64,000 bases of DNA, from contig OZ241986.1 in the NCBI GenBank assembly GCA_965204375.1, positions 2,592,001 to 2,656,000 on the forward strand. The letters are read 5' to 3'. A model generated the notes under the pieces. That model did no database searches, had not been told where the DNA came from, and worked only from the letters and a program-made list of their open reading frames with translations. The translations under genes and the position numbers were made by a program. Positions 28,420 to 39,009 of this stretch are shown here, piece by piece. Origin of the DNA: Candidatus Latescibacterota bacterium (lineage in GTDB: Bacteria; Latescibacterota; UBA2968). Numbering within the stretch: the stretch's first letter is position 1; every line of letters begins with the position of its first letter.

Positions 28420-29202
28420 ATGCGGAAACAACAACATCGCGGCCTACTCGCACTGATCGCCTGCATCCTCCTGCAGCCGGCCGCGGTAATCGCCCAAACC
28501 TCATTCCAATTTCAATACGGCAAACTCACAAACCCGTTTTCCGGGGCCGCGGAATACACCTCTATCCTCACCATACAACAGGCAGCGCAGTGGCAATATG
28601 GCGACAGTTTCTTTTTTATCGATTTTCTGGAAGATGGCGTTCCGGATGGCTTCAACGACAAAAGTATCTACGGAGAATGGTATCCAACCCTCAGCATTGG
28701 CAAACTGACGGACACAGAGTTCAGCCTCGGTCCCATCAGAGATATTTCCATAATCGCAGGATTCAATGCTGACTCCGATGCCAATGTCCTCAAATACCTG
28801 CCCGGTATCCGGGCTTCGTGGAACGTACCGGGCTTCTTCTTTGTCAACACCGACCTGACCGCCCTGATCGACGCCAGCAGCGGCACAGCGCACGGCGGCG
28901 CACCCACAACGAGCAACAGCTTTGTATTCGACATCAATTGGGGTACCGCCTTTGAAACCGGCGGTCAGACCTTCGGGTTCTTCGGCCATGCAGAATACGT
29001 CGGCTCCCAGACCAACGAATTCGGCAACGAAGTCAAAAGCTGGATCCTCGCGCAACCACAACTCACCTATGACTTGAGCAAGGCGATAAACGGAGAGGGC
29101 AACAAACTTTTCATCGGCATCGAATACCAGTACTGGTGGAACAAACTCGGCACCACCACTACCGAAAATGTCGTACAATTACTGGTTGTGTGGCAACTCT
29201 GA
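28420..29202 (+). CDS. Tsx-like / DUF5020 outer-membrane channel
   Basis: Signal peptide; W.YGDSFFF.D, YGEWYP.LS, AQPQL, GIEYQYW.NKLG; C-terminal WQL. Confidence 0.8.
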   Translation: MRKQQHRGLLALIACILLQPAAVIAQTSFQFQYGKLTNPFSGAAEYTSILTIQQAAQWQYGDSFFFIDFLEDGVPDGFNDKSIYGEWYPTLSIGKLTDTEFSLGPIRDISIIAGFNADSDANVLKYLPGIRASWNVPGFFFVNTDLTALIDASSGTAHGGAPTTSNSFVFDINWGTAFETGGQTFGFFGHAEYVGSQTNEFGNEVKSWILAQPQLTYDLSKAINGEGNKLFIGIEYQYWWNKLGTTTTENVVQLLVVWQL

Positions 29203-29232
29203 TTTCTTTTAAAAAACAAAAGGAATTTCACC

Positions 29233-30489
29233 ATGAAAGTGCGAATCGGCATCATCGGGTGTGCGCGAATACTGAACGCCCATCTGCGCGGCTATAAAAT
29301 TCTGCAGGAAAACGGTTTTGGCGACCTCTTTCAGATCACGGCTTTGTGTGCGCGCAAAGAAGAAGACGCCCATCGCTTCTGCAAGCGAGGCGAGGGCCCC
29401 GGTCCCCGCCCCGCACCTGTGGACGCGCCTGGCGACCCGCTCAATGCGCCGCATTCATTTATCAGTGACCTGCATCCCGACAGCGATACCGAAGTGTACA
29501 CCAACTACAACGAAATGTTGGAAAAGGGCAAAATCGACGCCGTGATCATTTTGACCGGACACGACAACCACCACAGCATCGCCATCGACGCCATGAGAGC
29601 CGGCAAACACGTCTCGGTCGAAAAACCAATGGCGATCTCGGTCAAAGCAGCCCAGCGCATGTGCGAAGTCGCCGACGAAACCGGACAAATTTTGAGCATC
29701 GACGAAAATGTGAATTTCAATCCCGGCACCTGGGCCAGCCAGTGGGCCGTAGAAAAGGGCCTGATCGGCGATGTGCAAATGCTCTATCGCGGCGTCATAG
29801 GATTTCGCAATTCTCGTCCAGACCTCGTAGCAGCGCGAACGCCCTGGCGTCAGAGCAAATTGGGCGCAGGTGGGGGCGTTGCCATCGACCTGGGCGTCCA
29901 CCTTTTTAACGGCGTCCGCACGATCTGTGGTCCTGTAAAATCAGTTCAAGCCCTGTGGCGAACGCTCGAACCTGTGCGCGTCCTGATGTCCGACGACGAC
30001 CGCGCCGTGGTCGATCAAATCGAAAATCAAGTGGATGATGCTTTTTTTGCCAACTTTGAATTTGAAAACGGCGGCATCGGGCATATGGCTGTTTCGAGAA
30101 GTGCGCGGGGAACACAGATCGGCGTACCTGGCGGCACGAATATCTGGGGCAGCAAGGGGGCGATCTCAGACAACCAATTATTTGGAGAAGACGGTACATC
30201 GGAAAATGTGGAAGACCGATTTCAACGCGAAGCCGACCCATCGCGCATATCCGAAATCATGCCGCGTGGAATCACCGACGCATTTGCGCTTGAAAACCTG
30301 AACTGGCTGCAAGCCATCGCAAACGGCAAACCCGTCCAGATGAGCGGCGAAGAAGGCACCATCGATCTGGCATTGAGCTATGCGATTCTCGAATCTGGCT
30401 TGCTCGGACGCGCCGTCACTTTAGACGAAATGTTAAACGGTGAGGTGGATGGGTATCAGAAAGAGATCAACGATTACTACGGATTATAG
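29233..30489 (+). CDS. Gfo/Idh/MocA family oxidoreductase
   Basis: IGIIGCARI, GKHVSVEKPMA and DLGVH. Confidence 0.9.
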   Translation: MKVRIGIIGCARILNAHLRGYKILQENGFGDLFQITALCARKEEDAHRFCKRGEGPGPRPAPVDAPGDPLNAPHSFISDLHPDSDTEVYTNYNEMLEKGKIDAVIILTGHDNHHSIAIDAMRAGKHVSVEKPMAISVKAAQRMCEVADETGQILSIDENVNFNPGTWASQWAVEKGLIGDVQMLYRGVIGFRNSRPDLVAARTPWRQSKLGAGGGVAIDLGVHLFNGVRTICGPVKSVQALWRTLEPVRVLMSDDDRAVVDQIENQVDDAFFANFEFENGGIGHMAVSRSARGTQIGVPGGTNIWGSKGAISDNQLFGEDGTSENVEDRFQREADPSRISEIMPRGITDAFALENLNWLQAIANGKPVQMSGEEGTIDLALSYAILESGLLGRAVTLDEMLNGEVDGYQKEINDYYGL

Positions 30490-30498
30490 GAGCACGCG

Positions 30499-31260
30499 AT
30501 GAAAATCTCACCAGAACACCGGCAACAATTAGACGAGCAGGGCTATGTGATCATCCCCGATGTACTCTCGGAAGCCGAGATATCGCACTATCGGGCACTA
30601 TTGCTGAACCTTGCCAAACAAGAGCGCGGAGACGGCTCGGGACGGGTGCATACCAGTGGTAGAGGCCAGCATGTGCGGTGGCTGGTGAACAAGGGAAAAC
30701 CATTTGAAAAGCTGGTGGCACATCCCAAAGTCGTGCCCTACTTTGAATATATGCTCGGCGAAGATTATACCCTCAGCACACTCACGTCAAACGTGATTTA
30801 CCCGGGCGCCGAAGACAATGCGTTCCACGTCGATAATGCACTGGGCAAAATGCCAGAACCGCTACCCTCATTTCCGATGTTTGTCAACACCCTATGGCTC
30901 CTGAACGATTTTACCCCGAAAAACGGGGGCACGCGCTTTGTGCCCGGCAGCCATCGGTTCTTAAAAAAGCCCCCGCCAATAGACCATCCACACGCGCTAT
31001 GCCATCCCGATGAAATGCGGCTCTCGGCTCCAAAAGGCTCAGTATTCTTGTTCAACGGCGCAATATGGCACGCCACAGGAGCCAACCGAACAGATGACGC
31101 CCGCGTATGTCTGATCTGCTTCTGCTGCCGGTCATTTCTAAAACCGATGTTCGATTTTGTCCACTACCTCAAACCCGAAGTCGTGGATCGAGCCACACCG
31201 GAAATGAAGCGCATCTACGGATTTAATTCTCAACCCCAGCCACCGGATGTGCGCGATTAA
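30499..31260 (+). CDS. Phytanoyl-CoA dioxygenase (PhyH) family Fe/2OG dioxygenase
   Basis: HVD...H facial triad, NGGTRFVPGSH and WHATGAN.T...R. Confidence 0.88.
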   Translation: MKISPEHRQQLDEQGYVIIPDVLSEAEISHYRALLLNLAKQERGDGSGRVHTSGRGQHVRWLVNKGKPFEKLVAHPKVVPYFEYMLGEDYTLSTLTSNVIYPGAEDNAFHVDNALGKMPEPLPSFPMFVNTLWLLNDFTPKNGGTRFVPGSHRFLKKPPPIDHPHALCHPDEMRLSAPKGSVFLFNGAIWHATGANRTDDARVCLICFCCRSFLKPMFDFVHYLKPEVVDRATPEMKRIYGFNSQPQPPDVRD

Positions 31261-31435
31261 ACGAATCTACGAATCAGCGAATCAACGATAACAGTTGGGT
31301 GGTTGGGCGGGGTTCATCTATGAACTGGCCTGACAAGCGGCCAGTTGTACACCGCCCGTCTATTCGCCTATTCGTCTCCTCGATTAGCTATTGAATCGGG
31401 GATATTTTTAGATACTCCAACAAAAGAGGCAAGCC

Positions 31436-32578
31436 ATGAAAATTACCGATGTCAAAGCCACAACATTGAAGGGCTACAAAGATTGGAACTATGTAAAAGT
31501 GGAAACCGACGCCGGCATATCGGGCGTGGGAGAAGCGCATCCGGGCGAAGGCATAACCGATGCGGTGACAAAATGCTTGCGCCCCATGCTAATCGGACAA
31601 AATCCTCTGAATGTCGAACCGCTCTACACGCGGATGCTCGACCGCAGCACCGGGCAATCTACCGCCGGGATACTCCTCGGCGCAATCGGCGGCGCGGAAA
31701 CAGCGCTTTGGGATGTCGCGGGCAAAGCCATTGGCGTGCCGGTCTATCAATTACTCGGCGGAAAGTACCGGGACCGACTGCGGATGTACGCCGATGTGGG
31801 CAGGGGACGAAATCGACAAAACACCCCCGAGACATGGGCAGAACGCGCAAAAGAGGGCGTGGCAGATGGGTTTCAGTCCATCAAGTTTGACATCGACGGA
31901 TCGGCAAATGAATTGCAACACGACCCCGTGGATCGCGGATTATCACTCGCCGAATTGGACAAAATGGAAGCCATGGTATCCGCAGTCCGCGACGCAATTG
32001 GATACGACATTGACCTGTGTATTGACTGCCACGGAAAATACAATGTGCGCGATGTGCTCTTACTCGCCCAACGCCTGGAAAAATTCAACCTGATGTTCCT
32101 CGAAGACCCCGTACCCCCGGAAAATATCGACGCCATGGGCAAAGTAACGGCTTCGACATCCATACCGATCTGCACGGGCGAATGGGTTCACCGCAGAGAC
32201 GGATTTCGCAGGCTCATAGAGAATCAGGCCTGCGACATGCTACACATCGATATCTCAGCGACTGGAGGCATGCTGGAAGGTAAAAAAATCGCAGACCTAG
32301 CAGATCTGTACTACATGCCCGCCGCATTCCACAACATCGTATCTCCGCTGGGCATGGTAGCATCTGCGCATGTAGGCGCAGCCGTGCGAAACCTCCACAC
32401 CCTGGAACTGCCCTACCACGCAGATCAGATAGAATGGCGATGGGACCTCGTAATCAGCGACGAGCCATTGATTCAGGATGGACAATTTGTCCTCCCAGAA
32501 AAACCAGGCCTCGGCGTCGAATTTAACGAGGATTTGGCGCGCGCCCATGTGAAAGAGGGGTATGATTTCTTTGATTAG
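31436..32578 (+). CDS. Mandelate racemase/muconate lactonizing enzyme (enolase superfamily)
   Basis: ETALWDVAGKAIGVP, IKFD, IDCHG, FLEDP and TGE. Confidence 0.9.
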   Translation: MKITDVKATTLKGYKDWNYVKVETDAGISGVGEAHPGEGITDAVTKCLRPMLIGQNPLNVEPLYTRMLDRSTGQSTAGILLGAIGGAETALWDVAGKAIGVPVYQLLGGKYRDRLRMYADVGRGRNRQNTPETWAERAKEGVADGFQSIKFDIDGSANELQHDPVDRGLSLAELDKMEAMVSAVRDAIGYDIDLCIDCHGKYNVRDVLLLAQRLEKFNLMFLEDPVPPENIDAMGKVTASTSIPICTGEWVHRRDGFRRLIENQACDMLHIDISATGGMLEGKKIADLADLYYMPAAFHNIVSPLGMVASAHVGAAVRNLHTLELPYHADQIEWRWDLVISDEPLIQDGQFVLPEKPGLGVEFNEDLARAHVKEGYDFFD

Positions 32579-32665
32579 ATGTCATGGGAACAGTTTCTCC
32601 TTGTTTTATAGTATCGTTATTAGTATCATAAACTCATCAAAGTAATCGAAAACGGAGGACATGCA

Positions 32666-32992
32666 ATGAGTGACCATTACACTTACCGCATCACATGGTC
32701 TCCTGAAGACAACGCGCATGTGGGTCTATGCGCTGAATTCCCATCGCTAAGCTGGCTGGCACCTACTCCCGATGAAGCTTTGGACGGCATCCAGCGACTT
32801 GTGCGCGAATGCCTTGCAGACATGCACGCAACCGGAGAAGAAATACCGCAACCAATAGCAGACCGCACCTACAGCGGAAAGTTCATAGTGCGCCTACCGC
32901 CGGAATCGCACCGTGCTCTCGCCATACAAGCCGCAGAACAAGGTGTGAGCCTGAACCGCCTTGTGAGTGCGCGACTCGCAAACACCACCTGA
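32666..32992 (+). CDS. hicB: HicB-family antitoxin (orphan)
   Basis: YTYRITWSPED...CAEFPSLSW...EAL and YSGKF.VR.PPE.HR.LA..AAEQGVSLN (RHH). Confidence 0.85.
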   Translation: MSDHYTYRITWSPEDNAHVGLCAEFPSLSWLAPTPDEALDGIQRLVRECLADMHATGEEIPQPIADRTYSGKFIVRLPPESHRALAIQAAEQGVSLNRLVSARLANTT

Positions 32993-33038
32993 TTGATATT
33001 GCAGATTGATGAGTTCTTCTTGTGAGAGGAGTTCCTCG

Positions 33039-34013
33039 ATGAAAGCCATTGAAAAATTAGGATTGGATTACAGATCAGAGATTATAGGACAATCCCTGAT
33101 ATTACAGGCAGATTGTTTTGAATGGTTCAGCCGGATACCCAAAAATAGCATCCATGCAGTTGTGACTGATCCGCCTTATGGCGTTAAAGAATACGATTTG
33201 CAACAACTTAAAAAACGGGAAAGTAAGAATGGAGGAATCTGGCGCATTCCACCCTCATTTGACGGCCATAAACGCGCACCCTTGCCCAGATTTACGGCGT
33301 TAAATCAGAAAGAGCGCGAGACTCTAAGGCAATTCTTTGTAGAATGGGCGCGGCTGGTGGTCAATACACTGCGGCCAGGTGGTCATGTATTTATTGCAAC
33401 CAATGTGTTTCTCTCTCAGTTGGTTCTTTCGGCACTCGTGAAGGGTGGATTGGAATTTCGAGGCCAGTTAATTCGGCTTGTGCGAACACTCCGGGGCGGG
33501 GATCGCCCTAAGAATGCCGAAAAGGAATTTTTCGAGGTATCATCTATGCCGAGAGGCTGTCACGAACCATGGGGAATTCTGCGAAAGCCAATGCTTCCCA
33601 AGATGAAGGTGAGTGACTGTCTGAGAGAATTTCAAACAGGAGGGCTGAGAAGGCGACCTGACGGTACGCCATTTGGCGACGTGATTATGAGTGAACGAAC
33701 TCCGCGAAAAGAACGAGATATTGCGGATCATCCCAGCCTAAAGCCGCAATCGTTCCTCCGGCAGATCGTATATGCGGCTCTTCCGCTTGGAGAGGGTGTG
33801 GTTGTTGATCCGTTTATGGGGTCAGGATCCACAATTGCGGCAGCAGAGGCCGTGGGTATTTCATCTATTGGGATTGAAAGACATCAAGAGTATTTTGAGA
33901 TGAGCAGTGAGGTGATTCCAAAGTTGGCGGTTTTGGAATCTCCATGTGGTATTGGTTTGGATGCACAACTTCAATTCTCTGCGAGATTTGAAAAGCCGAC
34001 AGGCAGATGGTAG
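33039..34013 (+). CDS. Beta-class N6A/N4C DNA methyltransferase (orphan)
   Basis: TDPPY precedes HPSLKP and DPFMGSGST; GAGAGGA RBS before ATG 33039. Confidence 0.88.
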   Translation: MKAIEKLGLDYRSEIIGQSLILQADCFEWFSRIPKNSIHAVVTDPPYGVKEYDLQQLKKRESKNGGIWRIPPSFDGHKRAPLPRFTALNQKERETLRQFFVEWARLVVNTLRPGGHVFIATNVFLSQLVLSALVKGGLEFRGQLIRLVRTLRGGDRPKNAEKEFFEVSSMPRGCHEPWGILRKPMLPKMKVSDCLREFQTGGLRRRPDGTPFGDVIMSERTPRKERDIADHPSLKPQSFLRQIVYAALPLGEGVVVDPFMGSGSTIAAAEAVGISSIGIERHQEYFEMSSEVIPKLAVLESPCGIGLDAQLQFSARFEKPTGRW

Positions 34014-34043
34014 GCCAAGCGCACTCTTGTTTGGTTTTAGTCG

Positions 34044-34071
34044 TTGACAAGAGATAGCAGATTTCTATATT
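34044..34071 (+). promoter_or_regulatory. Putative sigma70 promoter
   Basis: TTGACA-16 bp-TATATT upstream of 34121. Confidence 0.5.
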
Positions 34072-34120
34072 GATGCCGCTTTTGACAAAACTATAGACGC
34101 ACATAGAACAAGGAGGAATT

Positions 34121-35278
34121 ATGGAACTCAACATCGGCATGATCGGATATTCATTCATGGGCAAAGCGCACAGCAATGGATTCCGCCAACTGCCCGCATT
34201 TTTTCCCGAGCTCGGCGTAAAACCCGTATTAAAAGTAATCTGTGGGCGCAACCACGACGCCGTAAAAGACGCGGCTGAAACATACCAATGGGAAGAATAC
34301 GAAACCGACTGGGAAAAAGTCATAGATCGAGACGACATCGACGTCATCGACATCTGCACACCCGGCGACCAGCACCTGCCCATGGCACTCGCCGCATTAA
34401 AAGCTGGCAAACACGTCATCTGCGAAAAACCCCTCACAAACACCCTCGCAGAAGCCAGAGAATTATTGGCCGTGGCTGAAAACACAAACAAAAAAACCAT
34501 GGTCGCATTCAACTACCGCCGCGTACCCGCAGTGGCATTGGCGCGGCAATTGATCGCCGAAGGACGGATTGGAGAAATTTATCACTGGCGCGCCGTGTAC
34601 TTGCAAGACTGGATCATCGACCCCGACTTTCCGCTCGTCTGGCGATTGGAAAAAGACAAAGCCGGTTCGGGACCGCACGGCGACTTGAACGCGCATATCA
34701 TCGACCTCGCCCTGCATCTCGTAGGCGACATCGACAGCGTGGTCGGCGCAGATACCACCTTCATCAAAGAACGCCCTCTGCTCGAAGCCGCTGATGCGGG
34801 CCTGGGTGCGCAAGGCGGCGAACAAATGGGGCAGGTAACCGTTGACGATGCCACCATGTTTTTGGCCCGGTTCCAAAACGGCGCACTCGGCACATTTGAA
34901 GCCACGCGCTTTGCTGCTGGACGGCGCAACTACAACCATTTTGAAATCAACGGAAGCAAAGGCAGCATCGCATTCAACCTGCAAAAAATGAACGAATTGC
35001 AATTCTATTCGCGCGACGACGAAGATCACATCCAGGGCTTCCGCGAAATTATCGTAGGTGAAGGCAGTCAACCCTTCATGGGCGCGTGGTGGCCGCCGGG
35101 ACACATTATCGGCTGGGAACACACATTCACGCATGAATTCAGAGACTTCTTTGAAGCAATTGCACAGGATGGAACCTTTTCTCCCGACTTTGCCGAAGGC
35201 ACCAAGGTACAGGCCGTCCTGGAAGCCGTAGTCGATTCGGCAGCGACAAAAACCTGGCAGGATGTGCCAAAAATTTGA
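34121..35278 (+). CDS. Gfo/Idh/MocA family oxidoreductase
   Basis: IGYSFMGKAH, GKHVICEKP, FNYRR.PA and DLNAHIID. Confidence 0.92.
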   Translation: MELNIGMIGYSFMGKAHSNGFRQLPAFFPELGVKPVLKVICGRNHDAVKDAAETYQWEEYETDWEKVIDRDDIDVIDICTPGDQHLPMALAALKAGKHVICEKPLTNTLAEARELLAVAENTNKKTMVAFNYRRVPAVALARQLIAEGRIGEIYHWRAVYLQDWIIDPDFPLVWRLEKDKAGSGPHGDLNAHIIDLALHLVGDIDSVVGADTTFIKERPLLEAADAGLGAQGGEQMGQVTVDDATMFLARFQNGALGTFEATRFAAGRRNYNHFEINGSKGSIAFNLQKMNELQFYSRDDEDHIQGFREIIVGEGSQPFMGAWWPPGHIIGWEHTFTHEFRDFFEAIAQDGTFSPDFAEGTKVQAVLEAVVDSAATKTWQDVPKI

Positions 35279-35297
35279 GTTAAAACAGGAGTGAAAA

Positions 35298-36296
35298 ATG
35301 GCAAGACCAGTTACGTTATTCACCGGACAGTGGGCGGACTTGACACTGGAAGTCATGTTGCAAAAAGCCAGAGACTTTGGCTATGACGGCGTGGAACTCG
35401 CATGTTGGGGCGACCACATGGACGTGCGCGAAGCCGCATCGAACGACGGCTATGTGCGCGAAAAAAAGGAATTGCTCGAACAATACGGCATGCAGTGCTT
35501 TGCCATTAGCAATCACCTGGCCGGGCAGGCCGTATGCGACAATATCGACGCGCGGCACGAGGCGATATTGCCGCCCCATGTATGGGGCGATGGCGATCCC
35601 GAAGGCGTGCGACAACGCGCCGCCGAAGAAATGATAGCAACAGCCGAAGCCGCAAACGCCATGGGCCTGACCGTGGTCAATGGCTTTACCGGATCCTCAA
35701 TATGGCATCTGTTGTACTCTTTCCCCCCGGTGTCACCTGATCAGATCGACGCGGGATTTAGCGACTTTGCAGACCGCTGGAATCCCATTCTGGATGCTTT
35801 TCAAAAGAACGACGTGCGATTCGCACTCGAAGTGCATCCAACGGAAATCGCATTTGATATAGCTTCATCTGCCCGGGCATTAGAGGCACTGGAAAACCGA
35901 CCGGAATTTGGCTTCAATTACGACCCCAGCCATCTGGTCTATCAAAATGTGGATTATGTTGGCTTTATCCGCGAGTTCAGCGACCGGATCTATCACGTCC
36001 ACATGAAAGACTCTTACCTGTCGCCCACCCCCAAACGAGCGGGTATATTTGGTGGGCATACAAATTTCGGCGACCCAGACCGCAGTTGGGATTTCCGCTC
36101 GGTGGGTCGCGGTAGCGTGGATTTCGAAGAAATTATTCGCGCATTAAACGACATTGGCTACGATGGACCGCTCTCAGTCGAGTGGGAAGATTCGGGCATG
36201 GACCGCGAACACGGCGCAACCGAATCCTGCGCCTTTGTCAATGAAATCGACTTTGAACCCTCAGACGTGGCATTTGACGCGGCGTTTGAAGAGTAG
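35298..36296 (+). CDS. Sugar phosphate isomerase/epimerase (xylose-isomerase-like TIM barrel)
   Basis: [29 protein letters not shown] and SVEWED. Confidence 0.88.
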   Translation: MARPVTLFTGQWADLTLEVMLQKARDFGYDGVELACWGDHMDVREAASNDGYVREKKELLEQYGMQCFAISNHLAGQAVCDNIDARHEAILPPHVWGDGDPEGVRQRAAEEMIATAEAANAMGLTVVNGFTGSSIWHLLYSFPPVSPDQIDAGFSDFADRWNPILDAFQKNDVRFALEVHPTEIAFDIASSARALEALENRPEFGFNYDPSHLVYQNVDYVGFIREFSDRIYHVHMKDSYLSPTPKRAGIFGGHTNFGDPDRSWDFRSVGRGSVDFEEIIRALNDIGYDGPLSVEWEDSGMDREHGATESCAFVNEIDFEPSDVAFDAAFEE

Positions 36297-36389
36297 CTTT
36301 CAGCAGTCAACTTTCAGCAGTCAGCCCTCCCATCCACCACCCAAATAGGGCGGAATAGTGAGGGCTGACATTTTTTTGGGGAATACACA

Positions 36390-37943
36390 ATGGCACGTTA
36401 TCTATTTCTCGCAATATTGATGTTAATAACCGCTTGCGGACAACAAACCGGGCGCACGGTTGTATTTGGGCGCGGTGGCGATTCGGTCGGACTGGATCCC
36501 GCGCTGGAGACAGACGGCGAATCGTTTAAAGTATGCGATAACATTTACGAAACACTCGTCGCATTTGTGCCCGAACGCACCGATCTCGCACCCGGATTAG
36601 CCACGTCCTGGCAGGCATCAGAAGACGGTTTAACCTGGACATTTCAGTTGCGCGAAAATGTCGTCTTTCACGACAACACGCCCTTTACCGCCGATGCCGT
36701 CGTCTTTTCACTCGCGCGGCAATTTGAGCCAGACCACCCTTTCAACAAAGTAGAAGGCGCGTATCAATACTGGGCGGGCATGTCCATGAGCGACATCGTA
36801 AAAGACGTCCGCAAAATAGACGACCTGACCGTATCCATTGACCTGAAACGCCCCAACGCACCTTTTCTCGCAAATCTGACAATGAATTTTTGCGCCATCG
36901 TCAGCCCTGTTGCCGTCGAAAAATGGGGAGCTGATTTTGCTCGGCATCCCGTAGGCACAGGTCCATTTCGCTTTGTCGAATGGATTAAAGACGACCGCGT
37001 GGTATTAGAACGCAATCCCGATTATTGGGGACCTGCCCCCAAAATTGATCGCCTGATTTTTAGAAGCATTCCCGAAAACTCCGTCCGACTAATCGCGCTA
37101 ACTCAGGGATCTATTGACGGCATGGACAACCTCGTGCCAGACTTCTTGCCGACAATCGAATCGGATGAAAATCTCACATTGCTATCTCAGTCGGGAATGA
37201 ACGTGGGCTATCTGGCAATGAACATGGACAAAGAGCCATTCCAGAACCTCAATGTGCGGCGCGCCATAAACCACGCAATCAACAAACAAGCCCTGATCGA
37301 CAACTTGTATCAGGGCCTGGCCATTCCCGCGGTCAATCCCATTCCACCAACCCTCTGGAGTTATCGGCAAGAAACCCCTGGCTATGAATACAATCCAGAA
37401 AAAGCCAGAACGCTCCTATCCGACGCGGGATTCCCGAACGGATTCAAAACCACCCTCTGGGCAATGCCCGTACCTCGTCCCTATATGCCACAGCCGCAGA
37501 AAATCGCTCAGGCGATTCAGGCTGATTTACAAATAATCGGCATCGAAGCTGAAATCGTCACCTATGAATGGGGAACATATCTGGACAAAGTCCAGCGAGG
37601 ACAGCACGACATGGCACTGCTGGGCTGGACCGGGGACAACGGCGATCCCGACAACTTCCTCTATATTCTGCTGGACAAAAGCGCGACCCAAATGCCAGCC
37701 AATAACATTGCCTTTTACCGCAGCGACCCCTTGCACGAAGTATTGGTGACTGCCCAGAAAGAATCCGACAAAGCGAAACGCACGGCCCTGTATCAAAAGG
37801 CTCAAGAAATCGTCTTTCACGACGCCCCCTGGGTCCCCCTCGTACACGCAACCCAAACAGCGGCATTCCGCACCCGCGTCAAAGGATTTAAGCTACACCC
37901 CACCGGGAGCAAATGGTTTCACGATGTGATGATTGAAGAGTAA
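36390..37943 (+). CDS. dppA: Dipeptide/oligopeptide ABC transporter substrate-binding lipoprotein
   Basis: Lipobox ITAC; LATSW...DGLTWTF.LR..V.FH, GTGPF and PRPYMP. Confidence 0.9.
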   Translation: MARYLFLAILMLITACGQQTGRTVVFGRGGDSVGLDPALETDGESFKVCDNIYETLVAFVPERTDLAPGLATSWQASEDGLTWTFQLRENVVFHDNTPFTADAVVFSLARQFEPDHPFNKVEGAYQYWAGMSMSDIVKDVRKIDDLTVSIDLKRPNAPFLANLTMNFCAIVSPVAVEKWGADFARHPVGTGPFRFVEWIKDDRVVLERNPDYWGPAPKIDRLIFRSIPENSVRLIALTQGSIDGMDNLVPDFLPTIESDENLTLLSQSGMNVGYLAMNMDKEPFQNLNVRRAINHAINKQALIDNLYQGLAIPAVNPIPPTLWSYRQETPGYEYNPEKARTLLSDAGFPNGFKTTLWAMPVPRPYMPQPQKIAQAIQADLQIIGIEAEIVTYEWGTYLDKVQRGQHDMALLGWTGDNGDPDNFLYILLDKSATQMPANNIAFYRSDPLHEVLVTAQKESDKAKRTALYQKAQEIVFHDAPWVPLVHATQTAAFRTRVKGFKLHPTGSKWFHDVMIEE

Positions 37944-38082
37944 GCGATCAATGTATCGGACATCTTTTTAAAAGCGACTCTTGCTCTGATCTCCAAAATC
38001 CTGTATCTATAGCGTACAACTAAACTTCTGTTAAACTTGTACACCGTCCGACAGGTTTATCCCGATCCAGAGAATTGATACC

Positions 38083-38862
38083 ATGTCAGATACGACAACA
38101 CAGTTGCATCCTGATCCCAAAGCCTGCGCTGTCGCCCGTGCGGTCTGCGACGTGGTCCATCCCAACACCGTTATCCTGTTCGGGTCCCGCGCCCGGGGCG
38201 ACTTTACGCCCGATTCCGATATTGACCTGCTCATCATCACTGACGCCCAGCAGATAGATCGGCAGGAATACATGCGCACCAGTGAGGCGGCTCGCCGCAA
38301 AGTCCAAGAAGTTTACGGCCACTCCATGGGCGTTGACCTGGTCCACCTGAGCGAGGACGTTTTCCACGACGGTCGCCGTGCCCGAAATCATGTCGCAGGG
38401 CAGGCTGTCCGCGATGGCGTCGATATACATGGCGCAAAAATAATCTATGACAATCCGGAACCGACCAACTGGCCCGACATACGACAGCGAATCATCAATG
38501 CCGAACGGGAACTCCGCGTTCTGGAAGACCTGGTAGAGGCAAATTCGGCACCGGAGGCCATCGGCTTCCACGCCCAACAGGCCCTTGAAAACGCGCTAAA
38601 AGGCTGGATTTCAGCACTCGACACCGACTACAAAAACACCCACGACCTATCCGACCTATCCGCTATCATCCGAACCCATCTCGAAGAGAACGACACGCCC
38701 GCCGGTGAAAAGCTGACATGGCTAACCGACTATGCCGTAAGATACCGCTATCACGGCATAGAGGTCTGCGTGGAAGATCGCTTCGAGTTGCTCGCTGCGG
38801 TAAAAGAAACCGTAGAGACCATCATCGCCCGCATTCGAATACTGAGCAAAATGACTGAATAG
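38083..38862 (+). CDS. Fused MNT nucleotidyltransferase-HEPN protein
   Basis: ILFGSRARGD...DSDIDLL (MNT) and FHAQQALE.ALK...THDL..L...YAVRYRY (HEPN). Confidence 0.85.
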   Translation: MSDTTTQLHPDPKACAVARAVCDVVHPNTVILFGSRARGDFTPDSDIDLLIITDAQQIDRQEYMRTSEAARRKVQEVYGHSMGVDLVHLSEDVFHDGRRARNHVAGQAVRDGVDIHGAKIIYDNPEPTNWPDIRQRIINAERELRVLEDLVEANSAPEAIGFHAQQALENALKGWISALDTDYKNTHDLSDLSAIIRTHLEENDTPAGEKLTWLTDYAVRYRYHGIEVCVEDRFELLAAVKETVETIIARIRILSKMTE

Positions 38863-38922
38863 GAAAGTGATGGGCAGCTTATCACAGCACGTCAAAAAAG
38901 TTAGCTCACTATCCCAAAAAAT

Positions 38923-38953
38923 AAAACGCTTCCATTTTTCCTGGAAGCGTTTT
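38923..38953 (+). terminator. Hairpin terminator
   Basis: AAAACGCTTCCA-loop-TGGAAGCGTTTT. Confidence 0.6.
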
Positions 38954-39009
38954 GGGTTTTGTCTATTAAGTAGGAACAAACACAATAGTGTAGCACGTAA
39001 TACGGTTTG

